Positions 15,001 to 28,127 of a stretch of DNA of 64,000 nucleotides are shown one piece after another. The stretch lies in NCBI GenBank assembly GCA_046563655.1, contig CM102286.1, positions 3,658,001 to 3,722,000 of the forward strand. The letters are read 5' to 3'. The position numbers and the translations under genes are program-made. Positions within the stretch are counted from its first letter, which is position 1. Each line of letters starts with the position of its first letter. The stretch comes from Yuukianura sp. NJ FZ-2021 (lineage: Eukaryota). The notes below the pieces were generated by a model. It was not told the origin of the DNA. It searched no databases and saw only the letters and a list, made by a program, of their open reading frames with translations.

Positions 15001-18000
15001 TTTAGTAGGAAAATCACTCTTTCTAAATGACATAATTCCAAATTCCAAAAAGTTAAAAGTTTAGTAGGAAAATCACTCTTTCTAAATGACATAATTCCAA
15101 ATTCCAAAAAGTTAAAAGTTTAGTAGGAAAATCACTCTTTCTAAATGACATAATTCCAAATTCCAAAAAGTTAAAAGTTTAGTAGGAAAATCACTCTTTC
15201 TAAATGACATAATTCCAAATTCCAAAAAGTTAAAAGTTTAGTAGGAAAATCACTCTTTCTAAATGACATAATTCCAAATTCCAAAAAGTTAAAAGTTTAG
15301 TAGGAAAATCACTCTTTCTAAATGACATAATTCCAAATTCCAAAAAGTTAAAAGTTTAGTAGGAAAATCACTCTTTCTAAATGACATAATTCCAAATTCC
15401 AAAAAGTTAAAAGTTTAGTAGGAAAATCACTCTTTCTAAATGACATAATTCCAAATTCCAAAAAGTTAAAAGTTTAGTAGGAAAATCACTCTTTCTAAAT
15501 GACATAATTCCAAATTCCAAAAAGTTAAAAGTTTAGTAGGAAAATCACTCTTTCTAAATGACATAATTCCAAATTCCAAAAAGTTAAAAGTTTAGTAGGA
15601 AAATCACTCTTTCTAAATGACATAATTCCAAATTCCAAAAAGTTAAAAGTTTAGTAGGAAAATCACTCTTTCTAAATGACATAATTCCAAATTCCAAAAA
15701 GTTAAAAGTTTAGTAGGAAAATCACTCTTTCTAAATGACATAATTCCAAATTCCAAAAAGTTAAAAGTTTAGTAGGAAAATCACTCTTTCTAAATGACAT
15801 AATTCCAAATTCCAAAAAGTTAAAAGTTTAGTAGGAAAATCACTCTTTCTAAATGACATAATTCCAAATTCCAAAAAGTTAAAAGTTTAGTAGGAAAATC
15901 ACTCTTTCTAAATGACATAATTCCAAATTCCAAAAAGTTAAAAGTTTAGTAGGAAAATCACTCTTTCTAAATGACATAATTCCAAATTCCAAAAAGTTAA
16001 AAGTTTAGTAGGAAAATCACTCTTTCTAAATGACATAATTCCAAATTCCAAAAAGTTAAAAGTTTAGTAGGAAAATCACTCTTTCTAAATGACATAATTC
16101 CAAATTCCAAAAAGTTAAAAGTTTAGTAGGAAAATCACTCTTTCTAAATGACATAATTCCAAATTCCAAAAAGTTAAAAGTTTAGTAGGAAAATCACTCT
16201 TTCTAAATGACATAATTCCAAATTCCAAAAAGTTAAAAGTTTAGTAGGAAAATCACTCTTTCTAAATGACATAATTCCAAATTCCAAAAAGTTAAAAGTT
16301 TAGTAGGAAAATCACTCTTTCTAAATGACATAATTCCAAATTCCAAAAAGTTAAAAGTTTAGTAGGAAAATCACTCTTTCTAAATGACATAATTCCAAAT
16401 TCCAAAAAGTTAAAAGTTTAGTAGGAAAATCACTCTTTCTAAATGACATAATTCCAAATTCCAAAAAGTTAAAAGTTTAGTAGGAAAATCACTCTTTCTA
16501 AATGACATAATTCCAAATTCCAAAAAGTTAAAAGTTGAGTAGGAAAATCACTCTTTCTAAATGACATAATTCCAAATTCCAAAAAGTTAAAAGTTTAGTA
16601 GGAAAATCACTCTTTCTAAATGACATAATTCCAAATTCCAAAAAGTTAAAAGTTTAGTAGGAAAATCACTCTTTCTAAATGACATAATTCCAAATTCCAA
16701 AAAGTTAAAAGTTGAGTAGGAAAATCACTCTTTCTAAATGACATAATTCCAAATTCCAAAAAGTTAAAAGTTTAGTAGGAAAATCACTCTTTCTAAATGA
16801 CATAATTCCAAATTCCAAAAAGTTAAAAGTTTAGTAGGAAAATCACTCTTTCTAAATGACATAATTCCAAATTCCAAAAAGTTAAAAGTTTAGTAGGAAA
16901 ATCACTCTTTCTAAATGACATAATTCCAAATTCCAAAAAGTTAAAAGTTTAGTAGGAAAATCACTCTTTCTAAATGACATAATTCCAAATTCCAAAAAGT
17001 TAAAAGTTTAGTAGGAAAATCACTCTTTCTAAATGACATAATTCCAAATTCCAAAAAGTTAAAAGTTTAGTAGGAAAATCACTCTTTCTAAATGACATAA
17101 TTCCAAATTCCAAAAAGTTAAAAGTTTAGTAGGAAAATCACTCTTTCTAAATGACATAATTCCAAATTCCAAAAAGTTAAAAGTTTAGTAGGAAAATCAC
17201 TCTTTCTAAATGACATAATTCCAAATTCCAAAAAGTTAAAAGTTTAGTAGGAAAATCACTCTTTCTAAATGACATAATTCCAAATTCCAAAAAGTTAAAA
17301 GTTTAGTAGGAAAATCACTCTTTCTAAATGACATAATTCCAAATTCCAAAAAGTTAAAAGTTTAGTAGGAAAATCACTCTTTCTAAATGACATAATTCCA
17401 AATTCCAAAAAGTTAAAAGTTTAGTAGGAAAATCACTCTTTCTAAATGACATAATTCCAAATTCCAAAAAGTTAAAAGTTTAGTAGGAAAATCACTCTTT
17501 CTAAATGACATAATTCCAAATTCCAAAAAGTTAAAAGTTTAGTAGGAAAATCACTCTTTCTAAATGACATAATTCCAAATTCCAAAAAGTTAAAAGTTTA
17601 GTAGGAAAATCACTCTTTCTAAATGACATAATTCCAAATTCCAAAAAGTTAAAAGTTTAGTAGGAAAATCACTCTTTCTAAATGACATAATTCCAAATTC
17701 CAAAAAGTTAAAAGTTTAGTAGGAAAATCACTCTTTCTAAATGACATAATTCCAAATTCCAAAAAGTTAAAAGTTTAGTAGGAAAATCACTCTTTCTAAA
17801 TGACATAATTCCAAATTCCAAAAAGTTAAAAGTTTAGTAGGAAAATCACTCTTTCTAAATGACATAATTCCAAATTCCAAAAAGTTAAAAGTTTAGTAGG
17901 AAAATCACTCTTTCTAAATGACATAATTCCAAATTCCAAAAAGTTAAAAGTTTAGTAGGAAAATCACTCTTTCTAAATGACATAATTCCAAATTCCAAAA

Positions 18001-21000
18001 AGTTAAAAGTTTAGTAGGAAAATCACTCTTTCTAAATGACATAATTCCAAATTCCAAAAAGTTAAAAGTTTAGTAGGAAAATCACTCTTTCTAAATGACA
18101 TAATTCCAAATTCCAAAAAGTTAAAAGTTTAGTAGGAAAATCACTCTTTCTAAATGACATAATTCCAAATTCCAAAAAGTTAAAAGTTTAGTAGGAAAAT
18201 CACTCTTTCTAAATGACATAATTCCAAATTCCAAAAAGTTAAAAGTTTAGTAGGAAAATCACTCTTTCTAAATGACATAATTCCAAATTCCAAAAAGTTA
18301 AAAGTTTAGTAGGAAAATCACTCTTTCTAAATGACATAATTCCAAATTCCAAAAAGTTAAAAGTTTAGTAGGAAAATCACTCTTTCTAAATGACATAATT
18401 CCAAATTCCAAAAAGTTAAAAGTTTAGTAGGAAAATCACTCTTTCTAAATGACATAATTCCAAATTCCAAAAAGTTAAAAGTTTAGTAGGAAAATCACTC
18501 TTTCTAAATGACATAATTCCAAATTCCAAAAAGTTAAAAGTTTAGTAGGAAAATCACTCTTTCTAAATGACATAATTCCAAATTCCAAAAAGTTAAAAGT
18601 TTAGTAGGAAAATCACTCTTTCTAAATGACATAATTCCAAATTCCAAAAAGTTAAAAGTTTAGTAGGAAAATCACTCTTTCTAAATGACATAATTCCAAA
18701 TTCCAAAAAGTTAAAAGTTTAGTAGGAAAATCACTCTTTCTAAATGACATAATTCCAAATTCCAAAAAGTTAAAAGTTTAGTAGGAAAATCACTCTTTCT
18801 AAATGACATAATTCCAAATTCCAAAAAGTTAAAAGTTTAGTAGGAAAATCACTCTTTCTAAATGACATAATTCCAAATTCCAAAAAGTTAAAAGTTTAGT
18901 AGGAAAATCACTCTTTCTAAATGACATAATTCCAAATTCCAAAAAGTTAAAAGTTTAGTAGGAAAATCACTCTTTCTAAATGACATAATTCCAAATTCCA
19001 AAAAGTTAAAAGTTTAGTAGGAAAATCACTCTTTCTAAATGACATAATTCCAAATTCCAAAAAGTTAAAAGTTTAGTAGGAAAATCACTCTTTCTAAATG
19101 ACATAATTCCAAATTCCAAAAAGTTAAAAGTTTAGTAGGAAAATCACTCTTTCTAAATGACATAATTCCAAATTCCAAAAAGTTAAAAGTTTAGTAGGAA
19201 AATCACTCTTTCTAAATGACATAATTCCAAATTCCAAAAAGTTAAAAGTTTAGTAGGAAAATCACTCTTTCTAAATGACATAATTCCAAATTCCAAAAAG
19301 TTAAAAGTTTAGTAGGAAAATCACTCTTTCTAAATGACATAATTCCAAATTCCAAAAAGTTAAAAGTTTAGTAGGAAAATCACTCTTTCTAAATGACATA
19401 ATTCCAAATTCCAAAAAGTTAAAAGTTTAGTAGGAAAATCACTCTTTCTAAATGACATAATTCCAAATTCCAAAAAGTTAAAAGTTTAGTAGGAAAATCA
19501 CTCTTTCTAAATGACATAATTCCAAATTCCAAAAAGTTAAAAGTTTAGTAGGAAAATCACTCTTTCTAAATGACATAATTCCAAATTCCAAAAAGTTAAA
19601 AGTTTAGTAGGAAAATCACTCTTTCTAAATGACATAATTCCAAATTCCAAAAAGTTAAAAGTTTAGTAGGAAAATCACTCTTTCTAAATGACATAATTCC
19701 AAATTCCAAAAAGTTAAAAGTTTAGTAGGAAAATCACTCTTTCTAAATGACATAATTCCAAATTCCAAAAAGTTAAAAGTTTAGTAGGAAAATCACTCTT
19801 TCTAAATGACATAATTCCAAATTCCAAAAAGTTAAAAGTTTAGTAGGAAAATCACTCTTTCTAAATGACATAATTCCAAATTCCAAAAAGTTAAAAGTTT
19901 AGTAGGAAAATCACTCTTTCTAAATGACATAATTCCAAATTCCAAAAAGTTAAAAGTTTAGTAGGAAAATCACTCTTTCTAAATGACATAATTCCAAATT
20001 CCAAAAAGTTAAAAGTTTAGTAGGAAAATCACTCTTTCTAAATGACATAATTCCAAATTCCAAAAAGTTAAAAGTTTAGTAGGAAAATCACTCTTTCTAA
20101 ATGACATAATTCCAAATTCCAAAAAGTTAAAAGTTTAGTAGGAAAATCACTCTTTCTAAATGACATAATTCCAAATTCCAAAAAGTTAAAAGTTTAGTAG
20201 GAAAATCACTCTTTCTAAATGACATAATTCCAAATTCCAAAAAGTTAAAAGTTTAGTAGGAAAATCACTCTTTCTAAATGACATAATTCCAAATTCCAAA
20301 AAGTTAAAAGTTTAGTAGGAAAATCACTCTTTCTAAATGACATAATTCCAAATTCCAAAAAGTTAAAAGTTTAGTAGGAAAATCACTCTTTCTAAATGAC
20401 ATAATTCCAAATTCCAAAAAGTTAAAAGTTTAGTAGGAAAATCACTCTTTCTAAATGACATAATTCCAAATTCCAAAAAGTTAAAAGTTTAGTAGGAAAA
20501 TCACTCTTTCTAAATGACATAATTCCAAATTCCAAAAAGTTAAAAGTTTAGTAGGAAAATCACTCTTTCTAAATGACATAATTCCAAATTCCAAAAAGTT
20601 AAAAGTTTAGTAGGAAAATCACTCTTTCTAAATGACATAATTCCAAATTCCAAAAAGTTAAAAGTTTAGTAGGAAAATCACTCTTTCTAAATGACATAAT
20701 TCCAAATTCCAAAAAGTTAAAAGTTTAGTAGGAAAATCACTCTTTCTAAATGACATAATTCCAAATTCCAAAAAGTTAAAAGTTTAGTAGGAAAATCACT
20801 CTTTCTAAATGACATAATTCCAAATTCCAAAAAGTTAAAAGTTTAGTAGGAAAATCACTCTTTCTAAATGACATAATTCCAAATTCCAAAAAGTTAAAAG
20901 TTTAGTAGGAAAATCACTCTTTCTAAATGACATAATTCCAAATTCCAAAAAGTTAAAAGTTTAGTAGGAAAATCACTCTTTCTAAATGACATAATTCCAA

Positions 21001-22930
21001 ATTCCAAAAAGTTAAAAGTTTAGTAGGAAAATCACTCTTTCTAAATGACATAATTCCAAATTCCAAAAAGTTAAAAGTTTAGTAGGAAAATCACTCTTTC
21101 TAAATGACATAATTCCAAATTCCAAAAAGTTAAAAGTTTAGTAGGAAAATCACTCTTTCTAAATGACATAATTCCAAATTCCAAAAAGTTAAAAGTTTAG
21201 TAGGAAAATCACTCTTTCTAAATGACATAATTCCAAATTCCAAAAAGTTAAAAGTTTAGTAGGAAAATCACTCTTTCTAAATGACATAATTCCAAATTCC
21301 AAAAAGTTAAAAGTTTAGTAGGAAAATCACTCTTTCTAAATGACATAATTCCAAATTCCAAAAAGTTAAAAGTTTAGTAGGAAAATCACTCTTTCTAAAT
21401 GACATAATTCCAAATTCCAAAAAGTTAAAAGTTTAGTAGGAAAATCACTCTTTCTAAATGACATAATTCCAAATTCCAAAAAGTTAAAAGTTTAGTAGGA
21501 AAATCACTCTTTCTAAATGACATAATTCCAAATTCCAAAAAGTTAAAAGTTTAGTAGGAAAATCACTCTTTCTAAATGACATAATTCCAAATTCCAAAAA
21601 GTTAAAAGTTTAGTAGGAAAATCACTCTTTCTAAATGACATAATTCCAAATTCCAAAAAGTTAAAAGTTTAGTAGGAAAATCACTCTTTCTAAATGACAT
21701 AATTCCAAATTCCAAAAAGTTAAAAGTTTAGTAGGAAAATCACTCTTTCTAAATGACATAATTCCAAATTCCAAAAAGTTAAAAGTTTAGTAGGAAAATC
21801 ACTCTTTCTAAATGACATAATTCCAAATTCCAAAAAGTTAAAAGTTTAGTAGGAAAATCACTCTTTCTAAATGACATAATTCCAAATTCCAAAAAGTTAA
21901 AAGTTTAGTAGGAAAATCACTCTTTCTAAATGACATAATTCCAAATTCCAAAAAGTTAAAAGTTTAGTAGGAAAATCACTCTTTCTAAATGACATAATTC
22001 CAAATTCCAAAAAGTTAAAAGTTTAGTAGGAAAATCACTCTTTCTAAATGACATAATTCCAAATTCCAAAAAGTTAAAAGTTTAGTAGGAAAATCACTCT
22101 TTCTAAATGACATAATTCCAAATTCCAAAAAGTTAAAAGTTTAGTAGGAAAATCACTCTTTCTAAATGACATAATTCCAAATTCCAAAAAGTTAAAAGTT
22201 TAGTAGGAAAATCACTCTTTCTAAATGACATAATTCCAAATTCCAAAAAGTTAAAAGTTTAGTAGGAAAATCACTCTTTCTAAATGACATAATTCCAAAT
22301 TCCAAAAAGTTAAAAGTTTAGTAGGAAAATCACTCTTTCTAAATGACATAATTCCAAATTCCAAAAAGTTAAAAGTTTAGTAGGAAAATCACTCTTTCTA
22401 AATGACATAATTCCAAATTCCAAAAAGTTAAAAGTTTAGTAGGAAAATCACTCTTTCTAAATGACATAATTCCAAATTCCAAAAAGTTAAAAGTTTAGTA
22501 GGAAAATCACTCTTTCTAAATGACATAATTCCAAATTCCAAAAAGTTAAAAGTTTAGTAGGAAAATCACTCTTTCTAAATGACATAATTCCAAATTCCAA
22601 AAAGTTAAAAGTTTAGTAGGAAAATCACTCTTTCTAAATGACATAATTCCAAATTCCAAAAAGTTAAAAGTTTAGTAGGAAAATCACTCTTTCTAAATGA
22701 CATAATTCCAAATTCCAAAAAGTTAAAAGTTTAGTAGGAAAATCACTCTTTCTAAATGACATAATTCCAAATTCCAAAAAGTTAAAAGTTTAGTAGGAAA
22801 ATCACACTTTCTAAATGACATAATTCCAAATTCCAAAAAGTTAAAAGTTTAGTAGGAAAATCACACTTTCTAAATGACATAATTCCAAATTCCAAAAAGT
22901 TAAAAGTTTAGTAGGAAAATCACACTTTTT
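1..22930. repeat. 59-bp tandem satellite array, about 388 copies, running off the left edge
   Basis: Unit AAAAAGTTAAAAGTTTAGTAGGAAAATCACTCTTTCTAAATGACATAATTCCAAATTCC repeated head-to-tail. Rare variants include a sporadic T>G (AAGTTGAGTA) and CACACTTT in the last three units. Confidence 0.99.
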
Positions 22931-23373
22931 AAATTCAGATTTGTGCTCACGTCAACGCGGATTCAATCGCGGATTTTTAGTGTTAACAGCTTAGATCGTA
23001 ACTATGCGGTCAGGTAATTTGAAATCAACAAACTATCGGTTGCAATGCAGTCCCGGACTTACAGGTGCTCATTAGTTAGATAATAGATTTCCAAAACATT
23101 ACGACTTCCAAGCCCCAATCCCTGTCTTAATTACGGGAATTAAGAAATTGAATTTTTGGTGCCATGATAGCAAACTTACTTTCTGTCAACAAAGTGTAAA
23201 CAATTTCCATTATGGTCTTTGGGCCCAAAAAATTACCTTATAAAATTATAATTATAATTATATAATATTATTATTATAATATTACCTTATACCTTATACC
23301 TTTTTTTTTTTATAACCGGTTATAACCGAAACCGTCCTTTGGCAAATGAAGAAAATTTCTGGAAAGATACGTC

Positions 23374-24102
23374 ATGGGGTCAACAAGTCACAAAGAAGGT
23401 GACCAAGTAAAGCTTAGGTTCTACCAGATTCTTGGGGCTGGAAGTCTCTTTGGCATCGTATTTGTGATCTTAATTCTAACTTGGGTACTCAGTTATGGTG
23501 GAGGGTTCGACTGGAACAGAGGAAACAGCAGCGTCAACATTCACATGGTCATAATGACATTCTTCATGGTCTACTTACATGGACATGCGTCCCTGATGTA
23601 CCGAATTCTACTGAACCTGCCAAAACGTACTGCGAAACTGATACATGCTGGAATCCATCTTACAAATTGCGTTGGATGTGCAATTGGACTTTCCGCTGCA
23701 ATTCGGTCACACTATCTTAAAAAAGCTGCTCACTTCTACTCTCTACATTCCTGGATTGGAATTTCTGCAATACTGCTGTACTACTTACAATTTCTGAGCG
23801 GATTCGCTGCATTTCTGTTACCAGCAACTCCAACTAACATCCGAAAATACTTTCTTCCCTTTCACCAAGTTCTGGGTCAAAGTCTCTTTACGTTATGTAC
23901 TGCTGCTACAGTGAGTGGAATAATGCTGAAAGCAATTGGAAGTCTTGGGACTCTGTATCCAACACTGCCGCCTTCAGGAATGCTGCTCAATTTTGCTGGA
24001 CTGTGTGTCATCTGCTACTTACTTGCATTCGGGAATCTTCTGACTAACATTCAATTCCGCCGTCCGCGTCCGGTGGAAACAGTGCATGAAGTTCAAACTT
24101 AA
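23374..24102 (+). CDS. Cytochrome b561 family transmembrane ascorbate-dependent/ferric reductase, single exon, 242 aa
   Basis: About six hydrophobic helices and four heme-ligand-type histidines (NIHMVIM, KLIHAGIH, the HFYSLHSWIG family motif, LPFHQVLG). Confidence 0.92.
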   Translation: MGSTSHKEGDQVKLRFYQILGAGSLFGIVFVILILTWVLSYGGGFDWNRGNSSVNIHMVIMTFFMVYLHGHASLMYRILLNLPKRTAKLIHAGIHLTNCVGCAIGLSAAIRSHYLKKAAHFYSLHSWIGISAILLYYLQFLSGFAAFLLPATPTNIRKYFLPFHQVLGQSLFTLCTAATVSGIMLKAIGSLGTLYPTLPPSGMLLNFAGLCVICYLLAFGNLLTNIQFRRPRPVETVHEVQT

Positions 24103-24421
24103 CTTGAAGTTCTAAAAGTGATTTTATGAATGGCTTAAGTGTGGTATATGAATATGGCTTAAGCTTAAATGATTAATTAACTTAAAATAAATTATATAAA
24201 TGATTAAATAAATTATTTCACTTATTTTATTAGTCAATTTATTTTGATATGATTGATTGATTCGAAAGTGAAAGTCAGAAGAGTGAAAGCAGGTAGCGTC
24301 TGTTTTTAAGGAAAAGGCGCGAAAACGATGACAATTTTAAAATTCAAAAATGTAAATAAAAGTCATATGATATTTCACTTTTTTTCACAAACAAAGCTTA
24401 TCAAATGAAAATATTAAATGA

Positions 24422-24434
24422 AGGTCAAAGGTCA
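24422..24434 (+). promoter_or_regulatory. Perfect DR1 nuclear-receptor element (AGGTCA-A-AGGTCA) upstream of HACL1 copy 1
   Basis: Exact consensus direct repeat about 180 bp upstream of the ATG at 24614. Function is inferred only. Confidence 0.45.
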
Positions 24435-24613
24435 AGTTGTTCGAGTGCTTCACTGCAATTGGGCGAGCTTCTTTCGGACGTACATAACAACATAATTAAT
24501 ACTTTTTGCACAAGAGGTTAGAATCCGAGCAGTAACTATTTACGGCTTTACTGTCTAGTATGTGTGTGTGTTAATAATTGTTTTGTAATCTCAGGTCAAT
24601 TTCCTTGAAGGTC

Positions 24614-27011
24614 ATGTCTCTAAATATGGTGTTAGCGATAGCGAGGAGAGTGAGAACAGTTCGCGGATTTTCGAGGACCCACGTTGCAAATTTCAGAACA
24701 TCAGCAGTTGTGCTGGCCCATGGGTCGAGTCCTGTTTCGCCGGTTCAAGTGTACGGTTTATTTTATTCAAATTATGAAAACAATTTAATTATTGTTAGCA
24801 TTTCCATGTCTTTGTCACTTTTTTGGTGTTTTAGAAATCCAGGGGACGTGGACGGAGCAACGATTTTGGCCCAATCTTTGAGAGATCAGGTGACGGGAAT
24901 CTTAAAGAAACTTTCATTATCTTATTTTTAGTCATACTTTGACCAGTAGATTGGTCATTCGGTTTCTGTTTTTAGGGTGTTGAGTATGCCTTCGGAGTAG
25001 TCGGAATTCCCGTCATAGAAACGTCGTTTGCTCTGCAGCGGGTTGGAATTAAATACATCGGAATGCGGAATGAACAGTCAGCGTGCTACGCAGCACAAGC
25101 TTACGGATACCTCACTCGGAAACCAACTGTTTGTCTTACCGTATCTGGCCCTGGGTAACTCAATTTGTACCTCCGATTTTTCTTACAGTAACTTTGAGCG
25201 ATTAATGAGGAGTATTGTGATGCTCATGATTTTGCTTCCGTAGAATGCTCCATGCGCTTGGGGGATTAGCCAATGCACAATCCAATAGCTGGTAAGTTGA
25301 TAGGTATCATCAAATGTTCCGTACTCCATTTCGTTGAACATAAGAACTGAATTTGTTTCAGGCCTTTGATACTAATCAGTGGCTCCTGTGACAGACCATT
25401 GGAACAGCTAGGGGCCTTCCAAGAATCCAACCAAGTTGAAGCCGCTAGGAATTTTACAAAGTTCTCCGCCCGGCCGCCAACACTTGACACTATCTCTCCA
25501 TATGTAGCCAAAGCAGTAAGGATGTCTCTGTACGGTCGTCCTGGTGCAAGCTACCTAGACTTCCCCGGGGACTTGCTGGGTCAAACGACTGCAAGAGAGA
25601 AAGCACATTTTTCACCCGCTGTGCCACCACCCCCAGTAGCACTGGCTTCAGAATCCGAAATCCAACGTGCCTTAAGCTTGCTGCAAGAAGCTGAGCGACC
25701 ACTGGTAGTCATTGGCAAAGGCGCGGCTTATGGCCGTGCTGAAAAACATATCCAGGACTTCATTGCCTCTACTGGACTTCCATTTTTACCAACTGCCATG
25801 GGGAAGGGCGTAATTCCAGATGACCACTCCAACTGTGTATCTCCTGCTCGATCACTTGCTCTTCAGAAAGCCGACGTTGTACTATTACTAGGCGCTCGAC
25901 TGAACTGGATGCTTCACTTCGGTCAACCGCCTCGGTTTAGTCCAAATGTAAAAGTCATTCAGGTAATTGACGCAAATGTACAATAATAAGCTCCTGGCTA
26001 GACTGAACATGTTTACTAAACCGATTTTCTGAAAACATTTTTGGTGAAATTCCGATTCTAGGTGGATATTGAACCAGAGGAGTTCCACAGCAGCATTCCA
26101 ACGAACGTGTGTCTACTGGGTGATGTTAACGCAATCGCGGGACAGTTGGCGAAGAGCGCTGCTCAATCTCGTTGGTCATTTGCAAAGGACAAGGCTTGGT
26201 GGAGTGAGATTAATTCCAAAATTGAATCTAATCGGAAAACTGTCAGCGTGAGTTCTACACTATTTCTGCTTTTAACGTTGATTTTGGTATTACTTTGCGA
26301 GAATCCCTGTATTTTTTTTCTAACTCTAGGCAATGGCAAACGATTCGAGTGTTCCGTTGAATTACTACGCCGCTTTGTCTTGTATTCACAACAACATTCG
26401 ACATGACTCCATCATTGTAAATGAAGGTGCTAATACAATGGACATTGGCAGAACTGTTCTACTGAATCGTCAACCAAGATGTCGACTGGATGCTGGAACA
26501 TTCGGAACAATGGGAGTTGGTCTTGGATTTGCCACTGCAGCGTCCCTGTTTTGTCAAGATGAAGGTATCGGAAGGAGTGTCGTCTGCGTTCAAGGGGATT
26601 CGGCTTTTGGTTTTGGCGGTATGGAACTTGAAACTCTGTTTCGGTACAAACTTCCTGTTACTGTTGTGATAATCAATAACAATGGAATTTACGGTGGCAT
26701 GGATGGCACTGCTTGGGAGGCCGTTCGATCCGAAAAACAACATCTTGCAATTACGTGCGTTTTAACAAACAAAATTTTATGCTAAAAATCGGAGATCTTT
26801 TGTAAATTAACATTTCTGCATTTTCATTTTCTTCGTTTGCAGGACGCCGACTACATTTCTGACACCACAGACAAGGTATGAAAAGATGGCGGAAGTTTGT
26901 GGGGGGCGTGGCTTTTATTGCGAAAATTTGGAACAACTTCGTGAAGCCCTAATTGAAGCGGGAAAGGTGATTGACATTAAATACTACCATACTTTTTTTT
27001 TGAAAAGTTAA
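24614..27011 (+). pseudogene. HACL1: 2-hydroxyacyl-CoA lyase 1, copy 1; 3'-truncated duplicate lacking the last exon
   Basis: Multi-exon TPP enzyme ([61 protein letters not shown]...NNNG). Identity to copy 2 ends inside the last intron at GAAAAGTTAA (27011); reading through that intron gives TAA at 27009-27011. Confidence 0.85.
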
Positions 27012-27266
27012 CGAGAAGATTAGCATGAGCTCATTTAGCCTTGAGTGGTCTTATACAGTATTTTGGCACTTGAGACGGACGGAGTATTCTTAAACTAAAG
27101 CTTAAATCTAAAAAAATAGTAGCAACTGCACTTATGGGTTGAATTGATTGATTGAATTCATTTCTGCTAAACTAGCTTTCTCTGTATGACAAATTAGTGT
27201 TTACTTGTAGAAACTAAGGAGATTGTATCGATGAAATAAGGTTCGGCAGATGCGTGTGTTTATTCC

Positions 27267-28046
27267 CAGTGATGTACTGTCTTCCGGAAGATTCTTCCAT
27301 GGAAGACGTCTTCCGGCTTCATTCTTCCGACTTCCGGAAGATTTGAAGACGGAAGACTGGAAGACGAAAAATTCTCTGGAAGACGGAAGCCGGAAGATTG
27401 GAAGACGAAAAATTCTCTGGAAGACGGAAGCCGGAAGACTGGAAGACGAAAAATTCTCTGGAAGACGGAAGCCGGAAGATTGGAAGACGAAAAATTCTCT
27501 GGAAGACGGAAGCCGGAAGACCGGAAGACGAAAAGTTCTGTGGAAGACGGAAGATGGAAGACCGGAAGACAAAATATCCTCTGGAAGACGGAAGATGGAA
27601 GACCGGAAGACAAAATATTCTCTGGAAGACGGAAGAGTGGAAGACAAAACAGCCTATGGAAGTCGGAAGACTATAGGACAAAACACCCTCTGGAAGACCG
27701 GCAGACGAAAAATTCTCTGGAAGACGGAAGCCGGAAGACCGGAAGACAAAAAATTCTCTGGAAGACGGAAGCCGGAAGACCGGAAGACAAAATATTCTCT
27801 GGAAGACGGAAGCCGGAAGACCGGAAGACAAAATATTCTCTGGAAGACGGAAGCCGGAAGACCGGAAGACAAAACATCGCCTGGAAGACGGAAGATGGAA
27901 GACAAAATATCCTCTGGAAGACGGAAGATGGAAGACCGGAAGACAAAATATTCTCTGGAAGACGGAAGACGGAAGACTGGAAGACAAATCAGCTGTTTCT
28001 CTTCGGAAGACGTGAAGACTGGAAGACGGAAGACAGTACAAGACTG
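27267..28046. mobile_element. hAT-type non-autonomous element (MITE) with an internal ~41-bp GGAAGAC-rich minisatellite
   Basis: TIRs CAGTGATGTACTGTCTTCC / GGAAGACAGTACAAGACTG (2 mismatches in 19 bp). Perfect 8-bp TSD TTTATTCC at 27259-27266 and 28047-28054. Confidence 0.9.
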
Positions 28047-28127
28047 TTTATTCCAGAAAAAAATCATTCCAGAGGAACGGTGGTATGCAATGTTGTGCAG
28101 TAGTAATGGCTGAATCGTGGTACTTCA

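Noticed and set aside
1..22930. CRISPR array or telomerase-type telomere (the unit contains TTAGTAGG)
   Set aside because: There are no unique spacers and the context is eukaryotic. There are no tandem TTAGG/CCTAA runs; the unit is a 59-bp satellite.
27201..28113. Overlapping 90-290 aa ORFs on both strands
   Set aside because: They are by-products of the stop-poor minisatellite inside the hAT MITE.
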